64,000 bases of DNA from Macrostomum hystrix (lineage: Eukaryota > Animalia > Platyhelminthes), in assembly GCA_950097015.1 (NCBI GenBank), contig CATNEN010000038.1, forward strand, positions 744,001 through 808,000, in the 5' to 3' direction. The notes below the pieces were generated by a model. The model ran no database searches, was not told where the DNA came from, and saw only the letters and a list, made by a program, of their open reading frames with translations. Shown here in pieces: positions 1 to 10,654 of the stretch. Each line of letters begins with the position of its first letter. The stretch's first letter is position 1. The position numbers were made by a program, and so were the translations under genes.

Positions 1-2
1 TT

Positions 3-3000
3 TTGGTGCTCAGCACAGCTGTGGCAGCCGTGGCATAGGTGCCCGATGTCGTCGTCGATGTTCGGCCAGTAGACTGCCGATCGGGCCAGCTGCTTCATCC
101 TCTGCATTCCGAAGTGTCCGAGGTGGAGAATCTTCAGCACCTCATTCCGGAGGTTCCGAGGAATCACAAGACGACAGCCATGCAGAAGACACCCGTTGCC
201 GCAGGAGAGCGAATCTTTGACCTTCCGTAAGCGGGCCACCTCGGCGTCTTCGTCTCGCCTGTCTGGTGGCCATCCTTCTCGACAGTAGCGCATGACGGTG
301 GAGATCACCGGGTCCCTCGATGATTCTTTGGCCACGGCTGAGGCGTCAGCCGGCTGGATTTGCAAGCTTAGGACCTTGATCGCGCAGACCGTGTCGAAGT
401 CGGCTGCGCTCTCCTCCCCGTCGAAATCTGGGTCGTCTCCCATTGGCAGGCGACTCAGGGCATCCGCGTTTCCGTGACTCTTGGTCTGGCGGTACTCGAC
501 TTCGTAGGTGAAGTTGTGGAGCAGGTTAGCCCACCGTGCCAGCCGGTTTGCCGCCATCACTGGTGTCTCCTTCTCGGGCCCGAATAGAGAAACCAACGGC
601 TTATGGTCCGTGACCAGGATGAACTTGCGGTTGAACAAGTATTGGAAAAACTTCTTTAGGCCGAAGATGATTGAAAGGGCTTCCTTCTGAATCTGAGGAT
701 AGCGGCGCTGAGCATCCGTCAGAGACTTTGAAGCGTTGGCGATCGGCCGCTCGCTACCATCCGGGTAGCGGTGGAACAGGACGGCGCCGATCCCGACGTT
801 GGATGCGTCGCAGGAGAGCCCGAGAGGGAGGTCGGCATTGTAGTGGACCAGCACGTTGTCCGACGAGAGCTCCTCCTTGATCTGTTCGAAGGCCCGCTGC
901 TCCGCGTCGCCCCATGTCCATGGTGCGTCCTTCCTGGTGAGTCGGTACAGCGGCTCAGAGATCGTGGCCATGCTTGGCGGCAGAAACTTTGCGTAGAACT
1001 GGACCGAGCCGAGGAATGAGCGGAGGCTGGACACGTCCTTTGGTGGAGGCATTTCGCGGACAGCGTCCACCTTGGTTCCCTTGGCGATGCCTTCTTTCGA
1101 CAGTACATAGCCAAGGTACTCGATGCTGGGCATGGCGAATTTGCACTTCTCCCGTCGGCAGCGAAGTCCCTTGTCAGAAAGGCGTTGGAAAAGCCGGCGT
1201 AGGTTTGCGAGATGCTCATCAGCGGTCGCGCCGCCGACCAGGTAGTCGTCCAAGTAGAAAACGACTCCGGGCAGATCACCGGCTACCATTTCCATGATAA
1301 ACTGGAACTCACCCACTGCAGACTTCGGGCCGAAAGCGAGCCGCTTCTGAAGAAGCACACCCCGGTGGGTGCTCAGTGCCAGGCGCCTCTGACTCATCGG
1401 TCCCAACTCGATCTGGTTGTAGGCGTCGGCCAGATCTACCTTTGAGAAGCAGTAGCTGCCTCCCAGCTTCTGTAGCAGTTCCTCTGGGAGGGGCAGCGGG
1501 TGACGGTTGTCTTCCAGCTGCGGGTTGATAGTGCACGAGTAGTCTCCGCAGACTCGCAGTTTCGGCTGCTCTGAGCCGGTCGAGGGCTTTCGCACGGGGA
1601 CCACGGGCGTCCCGTAGTCATTGAAGTCAGTAGGCTCCCAGATGCCTCTCCTGATGCCCTCGTCGTAGGCGCGCTCGAGCTCCTCGCGGATGGCGAAGGG
1701 GACAGGCCTAGCCTTCCGGAACACCGGCTTTGCATCCGGGTTAAACTGCAACTCGAGCTTGAAGTCCTTGAGGCAACCCAGCTCGTCCTTCCACAGGTCC
1801 GGGAATTCGTCGCAAAGATTTCGGCAGGCCTTTTGAAGAGCCTCGTCCGGCGGCAGGTGGTCAAACACTGCGTTGACTTCTTGAATGGCGCTGGCAGCGC
1901 CGAGCAGTTTGTCGACGGAGATTCCCAACAGCTTCGTGGCGGTCCGGCCGAGTAGATTCAAGCCGGGCACCTGTGTGACGATGTACTGGATGTCGTGCTC
2001 AGGAGCTGAGCCAGGCAATGTCGTTTTCCCGACGAAGGTACCTAGTACAGGTAAGTCGTGTCGGCTGGCGGACTCGTAGCGTGACTTCGCTACTTCGAGC
2101 GGCGGCGTCCCCAGCTTCTTCCAGAATGACTCTGTGATGAAGTTGCCGTTTGTCGCAGTGTCGACCTCGATGGCGAGAGCCTTGCCTTGGATGTGGATCG
2201 ACACTTCCAGCTTAGGCAGGTCGTCCTCGGTTTGGGCTACAGCACGTACAAGCACATGCTCCTCGACCTGTTTCACTGGCTTCTTGAAGTTCGCCGCAGG
2301 GGCAGATCCTTTGGCGTTGGAACGGCAGACAGGTTCTAGGTGACCCACCTTTTTGCAGTGCCGGCAGGTCGCGTCTTTGAATCGGCAATCGTTTGCCCGA
2401 TGGTTCTTCGCTCCGCAGCGGTAGCACGAACCAGACGCAGAGTCAGTAGTAGACCTGGAAGCAGTAGAATCTGTCGTAAATTTCGCCGAAGTGGCTCCGG
2501 GTCGCCGAACCTTCTGCTTAACCTTGTTAACGGGGCTGGATTTGTCGCCGTAAACCGTCTCCTTGGCGACTCGGGCGGCTTCCTCTGTCTCGATGGCGAT
2601 CTCGACAGCCCGGGCGAACGTGAGCTCTTCCACCTTTAATTTGAACAAAGCTTTGAGTACTGCTTCGTTCCTCACTGAGCAGATGAAACGCGTGCGCAGC
2701 GCCTCGTCCAGTGGATCTTTGATGGAAGAGAAATCGCAGGTGGTTGCATCCTGGCGGATTCTCGCAGCCAGTTCCTGGATCGTCTCACCCGGTTTCCGCC
2801 GCATGTCGCTCCAGAACCGGAAACGCTCCCGCACGATGAAGCGCTTGGTGTCATACTGTTCTTCCATGAACTTCTCAATCTCGTCCATAGTGAGCGTGTT
2901 GATCTCCTTCCGCGGCGTCTGCTGCGCTGCCAAGTTTGAGAGAAGCTTGTAGACAGACGGAGACTGGTTCGTCAGGAACACCTGAGCCTTCTTGTCGTCG

Positions 3001-3266
3001 GGTATGGAGTTCGCGCCCGTGAAGGTGCAGAATCTGGCCAAGTAGTCGGGCCAGAGCTCGGACGTGGCGTCGAATGGCGAGAAACTCGGAGTCGACGTCG
3101 TCACATGCGTCGGCAAAGCTGCAGCCTGGGACTGGTCCGCTGCAGGCTTTAGAGACCGAATGAGGTCGAGCATCATCTGCCGGTCAGCGTTCCGCTGTTG
3201 GCGCTCTTCTTCCATCTGCTGCCGTAGGAGGCTGATTATGTCCTCGTCTTGCATCGTTTCGGGCAT
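3..3266 (-). CDS. Gag-Pol polyprotein (gag, CCHC knuckles, aspartic protease, RT, RNase H, start of integrase zinc finger); runs off the window edge
   Basis: Manual translation from ATG 3266 (MPETMQDED...) is open to position 3 and is absent from the ORF track because there is no stop. Motifs: CYRCGAKNHRANDC and CRHCKKVGHLEPVC, protease EVDTAT, RT FSKVDLADAY and FYLDD, RNase H CDASNVGIGAVL / KEALSIIFG / TDHKPL, integrase HLGHFG...CHSC. Confidence 0.92.
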   Translation of the reverse strand, partial: MPETMQDEDIISLLRQQMEEERQQRNADRQMMLDLIRSLKPAADQSQAAALPTHVTTSTPSFSPFDATSELWPDYLARFCTFTGANSIPDDKKAQVFLTNQSPSVYKLLSNLAAQQTPRKEINTLTMDEIEKFMEEQYDTKRFIVRERFRFWSDMRRKPGETIQELAARIRQDATTCDFSSIKDPLDEALRTRFICSVRNEAVLKALFKLKVEELTFARAVEIAIETEEAARVAKETVYGDKSSPVNKVKQKVRRPGATSAKFTTDSTASRSTTDSASGSCYRCGAKNHRANDCRFKDATCRHCKKVGHLEPVCRSNAKGSAPAANFKKPVKQVEEHVLVRAVAQTEDDLPKLEVSIHIQGKALAIEVDTATNGNFITESFWKKLGTPPLEVAKSRYESASRHDLPVLGTFVGKTTLPGSAPEHDIQYIVTQVPGLNLLGRTATKLLGISVDKLLGAASAIQEVNAVFDHLPPDEALQKACRNLCDEFPDLWKDELGCLKDFKLELQFNPDAKPVFRKARPVPFAIREELERAYDEGIRRGIWEPTDFNDYGTPVVPVRKPSTGSEQPKLRVCGDYSCTINPQLEDNRHPLPLPEELLQKLGGSYCFSKVDLADAYNQIELGPMSQRRLALSTHRGVLLQKRLAFGPKSAVGEFQFIMEMVAGDLPGVVFYLDDYLVGGATADEHLANLRRLFQRLSDKGLRCRREKCKFAMPSIEYLGYVLSKEGIAKGTKVDAVREMPPPKDVSSLRSFLGSVQFYAKFLPPSMATISEPLYRLTRKDAPWTWGDAEQRAFEQIKEELSSDNVLVHYNADLPLGLSCDASNVGIGAVLFHRYPDGSERPIANASKSLTDAQRRYPQIQKEALSIIFGLKKFFQYLFNRKFILVTDHKPLVSLFGPEKETPVMAANRLARWANLLHNFTYEVEYRQTKSHGNADALSRLPMGDDPDFDGEESAADFDTVCAIKVLSLQIQPADASAVAKESSRDPVISTVMRYCREGWPPDRRDEDAEVARLRKVKDSLSCGNGCLLHGCRLVIPRNLRNEVLKILHLGHFGMQRMKQLARSAVYWPNIDDDIGHLCHGCHSCAEHQ

Positions 3267-3338
3267 GATTGTAGTAGCTTGATCCTTCGGTCAATAGTGA
3301 CAGTCGTTGTAGATTAGACGTCCTCGAAGTTGATCAAG

Positions 3339-3356
3339 ATCCTGCTTGCGACGCCA
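3339..3356 (-). promoter_or_regulatory. Primer-binding site (TGGCGTCGCAAGCAGGAT)
   Basis: Starts with TGG (complement of tRNA CCA) just inside the LTR; resembles a tRNA-Ser 3' end, but the tRNA identity is not verified. Confidence 0.65.
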
Positions 3357-3365
3357 GAAAATCCC

Positions 3366-3700
3366 TGTTGTATTCTTGAAGTAACGAATACAGAGATTCC
3401 AATTGTAGTGTCGGTAAATGTAAGTATAGCGCCGAAAGGAGCACTCGGCAGTCGACTGGATAAGCGTATATTTGTAACAGCAGTATTATTAAATACTGGA
3501 AAGGGGGGCTTGAGTGTGCGCACCGCGCGGGGGTTTCTATTTATAGCCTGGGGAGCGAGTGGGAGAACTTTCTAGAAAGTTCTCATAGATAGCCCGCGGG
3601 GGAGGCGCAGAGAAGATTCTGGAAACAACAGAGTGTTATAACAAGTGGTAGAAAGTTCTAGAAAACTATTTACGGAATTATCGTAACGAAACCCACAACA
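3366..3700 (-). repeat. 5' LTR of Gypsy element 1
   Basis: TG...CA termini with 5-bp inverted ends; TATAAATA on the minus strand near 3538-3545; sequence from 3701 matches a non-LTR repeat also present at 51100-51228. Confidence 0.8.
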
Positions 3701-4080
3701 TCAATAAGCCATATATTTTAACAACGCAAAGGAAAGGGACCCTCTCTGCACTTCATGTGGAGAGAACTTAGATAAGACAATCTGAGCTGGGCCATGTACA
3801 TTAAACAAAAGGGAGGGGCTGGCCCGCTATAGCCCTCCTTCAAGCCACAGACACTCAGGCTGAGAGAACCCCCCACTCGATTTTTATCGATCGGGCGGCA
3901 CAGCCATCCAATCCATCACCGCAAGCGAAAGCGAAAGCCTTGGCCCCAGCTTATGTACATTCAAACCTCAATAGACAGAAATCTCGTCCCCACAAACAAA
4001 CACTGACAAATGCATGGAGGACTGTAGCCTGTGTACTCTAAGTCAAGCTTCAACTAATGAAATTTCGGTTTCTTTCAATT
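3701..4080 (-). repeat. Dispersed repeat, inverted homolog of 49255-49502 + 51097-51228 (empty site of the foldback element)
   Basis: Reverse complement matches 49255-51228 once 49503-51096 is removed. Confidence 0.85.
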
Positions 4081-5221
4081 CATGTGATGCAAAAAGTTGA
4101 TCGCAAAAAACAGGATGATCTTTCATTAATTACTGCTTACTTCATATTCATACTTCATCAGATAATTAAACTTTCCAAGACTACAATTGTCAAGTTGACA
4201 ATTTGACATGTCATTCTCTTTCAAACATCCATATGCTTCTATTGACAGACACCATTTTAAGTTCAATGCGAAAAAGTGCACTATCGTAGGGGCAGAAATG
4301 GCAAACTTTTTCTCTCATACGTACACCTGTACAGGTACATATTTTAGTACAGATGGCCAACTACTGAATGTGTGTACAAAGAAAATGTAGAAAATTCAAT
4401 ATATAAATTTTTTGCGCACATCTGTTGCGCTTCTAAAAACTGAAGCCGCATTCAAATCGCACACCAAATACGTTCTGGCCATTCAGTTTTGTACCTAGAA
4501 AAATGACTAAAAATTAGCGAAATCACGTTTTTGAGATTTGAGAATTACCCACATCTTCAGTAAACAACATCCAATCAGTCTGAAATCAACATTGTCGTAT
4601 AGGTGACACCCAAGAAATTTGGTTGACATGTTTTTAAATGCAATTGAAGTCACATGTCTGTGTCATAGAGGCGTCTAAAAGTGCACCACTAAGAGTACTT
4701 TAAAAGTGCCGATTTTTTCAATCACAGAAGTACAAAAAAATTCTTCCCCATCAAGTAGTGTGTTGGGGTTACGACCCAGCAAGTCAAAGTTAAAAACATG
4801 CACATTTTTTCAACCTTAAAAACCCGTTTTTTGACCCTTTGACCCAGAACCCTTTGACCCTCTTCTTGGGTCAGCAAGAAAAAATCCATATCAAATCATT
4901 GTAGGCTTCTATAGCCCCTATCGACTGGATAGTCACTTGGCGACACCATAAACTGCCGAGAATAGCGCCGAGAGACAAATTTTTGTCATGTCCAAAAATA
5001 TCATGTTTTTGCCATGCCATGCCATGGCAACGCTTTTAACTTCAGTACATAGACCTAAGTATTTTACATGTTTTGCAAAAAACCGCATCCAAATCGGTTC
5101 AACTGGGCAAAAGCGGCAATCGTTAGAAGTTGAAAAACGTGCTTTCCTATCCCGACACGGTGGTTACATCTTATCAAGATGAGATATCGCATCCGTATCA
5201 CTCATCCCAACTAGAGCTGAG

Positions 5222-7023
5222 CACAGATCCTATATACACAGATCCTATATACACAGATCCTATATACACAGATCCTATATACACAGATCCTATATACACA
5301 GATCCTATATACACAGATCCTATATACACAGATCCTATATACACAGATCCTATATACACAGATCCTATATACACAGATCCTATATACACAGATCCTATAT
5401 ACACAGATCCTATATACACAGATCCTATATACACAGATCCTATATACACAGATCCTATATACACAGATCCTATATACACAGATCCTATATACACAGATCC
5501 TATATACACAGATCCTATATACACAGATCCTATATACACAGATCCTATATACACAGATCCTATATACACAGATCCTATATACACAGATCCTATATACACA
5601 GATCCTATATACACAGATCCTATATACACAGATCCTATATACACAGATCCTATATACACAGATCCTATATACACAGATCCTATATACACAGATCCTATAT
5701 ACACAGATCCTATATACACAGATCCTATATACACAGATCCTATATACACAGATCCTATATACACAGATCCTATATACACAGATCATATATACACAGATCC
5801 TATATACACAGATCCTATATACACAGATCCTATATACACAGATCCTATATACACAGATCCTATATACACAGATCCTATATACACAGATCCTATATACACA
5901 GATCCTATATACACGGATCCTATATACACAGATCCTATATACACAGATCCTATATACACAGATCCTATATACACAGATCCTATATACACAGATCCTATAT
6001 ACACAGATCCTATATACACAGATCCTATATACACAGATCCTATATACACAGATCATATATACACAGATCATATATACACAGATCCTATATACACAGATCC
6101 TATATACACAGATCCTATATACACAGATCCTATATACACAGATCCTATATACACGGATCCTATATACACAGATCCTATATACACAGATCCTATATACACA
6201 GATCCTATATACACAGATCCTATATACACAGATCTTATATACACAGATCCTATATACACAGATCCTATATACACAGATCCTATATACACAGATCCTATAT
6301 ACACGGATCCTATATACACAGATCCTATATACACAGATCCTATATACACAGATCCTATATACACAGATCCTATATACACAGATCCTATATACACAGATCA
6401 TATATACACAGATCCTATATACACAGATCCTATATACACAGATCCTATATACACAGATCCTATATACACAGATCCTATATACACAGATCCTATATACACA
6501 GATCCTATATACACAGATCCTATATACACAGATCATATATACACAGATCCTATATACACAGATCCTATATACACAGATCCTATATACACAGATCCTATAT
6601 ACACAGATCCTATATACACAGATCCTATATACACAGATCCTATATACACAGATCCTATATACACAGATCCTATATACACAGATCCTATATACACAGATCC
6701 TATATACACAGATCCTATATACACAGATCCTATATACACAGATCCTATATACACAGATCCTATATACACAGATCCTATATACACAGATCCTATATACACA
6801 GATCCTATATACACAGATCCTATATACACAGATCCTATATACACAGATCCTATATACACAGATCCTATATACACAGATCCTATATACACAGATCCTATAT
6901 ACACAGATCATATATACACAGATCCTATATACACAGAGCCTATATACACAGATCCTATATACACAGATCCTATATACACAGATCCTATATACACAGATCT
7001 TATATACACAGATCCTATATACT
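5222..7023. repeat. 15-bp tandem repeat (ACACAGATCCTATAT)n, about 120 copies
   Basis: Directly visible, highly homogeneous, with occasional single-base variants. Confidence 0.98.
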
Positions 7024-7869
7024 TGTATAGAGTGTATAGGATCTGTGAAGCTGAGAGAGATGCAGTGTGATCTTATTCTGACTAAAACGTGCTCGATTTC
7101 AATAAGATAGCAACAGGTGATATTAGTGGCTAGTAGTTGTGAGTATGTCTGTTCTGGGACACCATGTTTTCCGCCTTTGCACATTACACGAATAACTATA
7201 AACAGTAACCCAGCCAAGGTGGTAAAAAAATCTGAACCGAATGAAAAGCAAAGCCAAGAAATCATCAGAGAGTTGCTATCTATTGATGCAAGGGATGGAG
7301 AATCCCAGGAAATTTGTTCTTACGCTTGACCAACCTTGAGTATTGAGTATGTCCTTAAAGTCCTGGCCAGGAAAAAATACGCAGAAAAACTGATAATGCG
7401 CTTTTAATGTTCAGATCAATGAGGCAGAGGCGAGTAAAGTGGCGGTACGAACTTGGCAACGCAGGCCCTAAAAGCGATTAAGCATTGCCATTTACTGTGT
7501 ACTCGTATTTTTGGATGAAGAAACAAAGCGACCGGAGGTAAAAGCAAAAAGAAGAAGAAAAAAAATTGACAATTGAGCAGCAGCGACACCCTCTCACGCT
7601 GGGAGAAGTGCCATATAAAACAACGTGGTAGGCACGTTCCCGGGATTTAGGGGTATTGGTGAAAGTGCATACGCTCAGTACGTAAAACACGCAAGGTAAC
7701 GCAAACTAAGCTGTACAGCTAGGTGAGCAGAGTGACGGGTAATGAAAAGACAGCGAGGCGGATTTCTCAAACATTAAAGGCGGTTAAAGCCGCATGCTTT
7801 GCCTGCCTAGTATCAGAATATAATACAACAACTCCAGAAACTTAAGCAAACGGACCTAAATGACTGCAT

Positions 7870-8180
7870 TCATAAAATGGCGGCTTCTGGAACCTCAAAG
7901 GGATTCTGGTCCGGCCTTAGAAGAGCAGAAGAGTTACTGTTCACAAGCAAGCGACTTAGCAGATCTAAAGCCCCAATCGCTGACATCGTGGACAACCTAA
8001 ACAAAGTTTTGAACGCACATTCTTTTTCGGGTGCCCAGCCGCATCGCAAAGGTGAGGCAGGCAGTCCCGGAATATTTAATTGGCTGTACGGAACTAGATA
8101 GAGAATTAAAAAGCTAAAGATAGGAAAGGCTGCAGGAATTTTAGATGGTATAGCAAATGAGCACATTATCCACGGACAGG
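7870..8180 (+). pseudogene. Degraded non-LTR retrotransposon ORF2 fragment (pre-RT linker)
   Basis: Translates to KGFWSGLR...IKKLKIGKAAG/DGIANEHIIHG, matching the LINE consensus LKxGKAxGxDGIxxE; frameshifted. Confidence 0.55.
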
Positions 8181-8320
8181 AGTAGTATCTGCGGCTACTA
8201 TCTGGGACAAACATTTACGCAGTCGCCGTTTTCCACAATCTGTTAACTATATTATTCCCAAAGAGATCAGGGAAAAGGGTGCTCGCCCCTTCGAAAATCT
8301 GCCTCTATATTTCTTAATTC
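8181..8320 (+). mobile_element. Relic Polinton terminus (related family)
   Basis: Starts AGTAGTAT; 8215-8290 aligns with the intact TIR at 31905-31982. Confidence 0.7.
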
Positions 8321-8394
8321 AAAATTACACAAGTAACATACGTTTGATACAACTCAGCTTAATGCTACTGAGGTACATGTGGATACTATCCCCT

Positions 8395-8790
8395 CAGCAG
8401 TAAAAAACAATGTCCCCCATGCCAGCAGAGAACTAATGTCCCCTCAGTAGCAAATAACCAATGTCCCCCCGGCAGTAAATAACCAATGTCCAAGCAGCAG
8501 AGAACTAATTCCCCCCAGCAGCAGAGAACTAATTCCGCCCCAGCAGCAGAGAACTAATTCCCCCCAGCAGCAGAGAACTAATTCCGCCCCAGCAGCAGAG
8601 AACTAATTCCGCCCCAGCAGCAGAGAACCGATGTTCCGTCAGCAGCAAATAACCAATGTCCCCCCAGCAGCAGAGAACCAATGTCCCCCAGCAGGAGAGA
8701 ACTAATTTCCCCCCAGCAGCAGAGAACCGATGTTCCGTCAGCAGCAAATAACCAATGTCCCCCCAGCAGCAAAGAACCAATTTCCCCGAA
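8395..8790. repeat. Degenerate ~22-24-bp minisatellite (CAGCAGCAGAGAACTAATTCCCCC)
   Basis: Directly visible; shorter paralog at 53300-53555. Confidence 0.85.
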
Positions 8791-8959
8791 ACAGAAGAGA
8801 ACCTCCATAATACAAGAATGGAGGCTACTTGCAGGCATCCAAACCCCCAGCACGAAATATTTCCCCTCTTTCTTTTAAACAGGTTTATTGCAGAGAAAGA
8901 TTTCACTCAGCCCAGCAGGCAACAAATACTCCTGTTACATCTCCTGTTACATGTGGCAC

Positions 8960-9260
8960 TGTAGATACATTTAGAAAACTGTTAGACACATTCAGAAAAC
9001 TGTTACACACATTTAGAATCCTGTTAAACACATTTAGAAAACTATTAATACATTTAGAAAACTGTTGGACACATTTAGAAAACGGTTAAACACAATAAAA
9101 AGCTGTTGGACACATTTAAAAGACTTTTGGACACATTAAGAAAACTGTTAAACGCATTTAGAAACCTGCTAAACACTTTTAGAGACCTGTTAATCACATC
9201 TAGAAACCTGTTAAACACATAAAGAAAACTGTTAAACACATTTAGAAGATTGTTAAACGC
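8960..9260. repeat. Degenerate 21-bp minisatellite (ACACATTTAGAAAACTGTTAA)
   Basis: Directly visible. Confidence 0.85.
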
Positions 9261-9760
9261 TTTTTGTGTTTTATGTTGTGTTTTGTTTTGTGTTTTGTGT
9301 TTGTGATCAACGCATCGCAGAGCTGCATGGCCGGCTGGTCAGTCAGGATCAGCTTTATAATCGGAGAACGGGGGTGACTTCGTTCTTTCTCGGCCAAGTC
9401 TACCATCGCCTTATGCGTGAGCATCAGCTCACAGTAGCTAGCGTTGCGGAGCTGTTCGAAGCTACTTACTATCATGTTCAGTCCCGGCATAACATTTTTG
9501 CTTTGTTGACTGACCTACCACGACTGCGCTATTGTGCTGTTTAGGCCACATTTCTGCATGAGAACTCTATGAATATTCATGAAGAATGGCCTTGGCGACG
9601 CGATGCGGAAGATTGGAATAAGCCTGAACCTCCGATAAAACCAAGGACTGCGTCTGCACTAGGTGCTATGTTGAACGAGAACGTCTTAGGTCAGGTTAAT
9701 CATGTCCAGCATGGGAAAGTCGGACTAATCCCAATGCCGTCATTGTCTTCAACGGCTGAT

Positions 9761-10654
9761 GCTGCTGCCTACTCTGGTGCTACAACTGCTGCTGCCTACT
9801 CTGGTGCTACAACTGCTGCTGCCTACTCTGGTGCTACAACTGCTGCTGCCTACTCTGGTGCTACAACTGCTGCTGCCTACTCTGGTGCTACAACTGCTGC
9901 TGCCTACTCTGGTGCTACAACTGCTGCTGCCTACTCTGGTGCTATACCACTGCTGCTGCTTACTCTGGTGCTACAACTGCTGCTGTCTACTCTGGTGCTA
10001 CAACTGCTGCTGTCTACTCTGGTGCTACAACTGCTGCTGCCTACTCTGGTGCTACAACTGCTGCTGTCTACTCTGGTGCTACAACTGCTGCTGCTTACTC
10101 TGGTGCTACAACTGCTGCTGCTTACTCTGGTGCTACAACTGCTGCTGCCTACTCTGGTGCTACAACTGCTGCTGCCTACTCTGGTGCTACAACTGCTGCT
10201 GCTTACTCTGGTGCTACAACTGCTGCTGCCTACTCTGGTGCTACAACTGCTGCTGCCTACTCTGGTGCTACAACTGCTGCTGCCTACTCTGGTGCTACAA
10301 CTGCTGCTGCCTACTCTGGTGCTACAACTGCTGCTGCCTACTCTGGTGCTACAACTTCTGCTGCTTACTCTGGTGCTACAACTGCTGCTGTCTACTCTGG
10401 TGCTACAACTGCTGCTGCCTACTCTGGTGCTACAACTGCTGCTGCCTACTCTGGTGCTACAACTGCTGCTGTCTACTCTGGTGCTACAACTGCTGCTGTC
10501 TACTCTGGTGCTACAACTGCTGCTGCTTACTCTGGTGCTAACTGCTGCTGTCTACTCTGGTGCTACAACTGCTGCTGCTTACTCTGGTGCTACAACTGCT
10601 GCTGCCTACTCTGGTGCTACAACTGCTGCTGTCTACTCTGGTGCTACAACTGCT
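9761..10654. repeat. 27-bp minisatellite (GCTGCTGCCTACTCTGGTGCTACAACT)n, left part
   Basis: Directly visible; continues at 14591-15050 beyond the LINE. Confidence 0.95.

Larger units (their letters stand above)
1..3700 (-). mobile_element. Ty3/Gypsy LTR retrotransposon (Mag-like), 5' part; 3' end lies outside the window
   Basis: LTR 3366-3700 bounded by TGTTG...CAACA, then a primer-binding site and a single gag-pol ORF on the minus strand. Confidence 0.93.

Noticed and set aside
5130-7265. 646-aa (YTDPI)n and 684-aa (YRICV)n ORFs
   Set aside because: Artefacts of a stop-free 15-bp satellite; open on both strands and the array is absent from the paralog.
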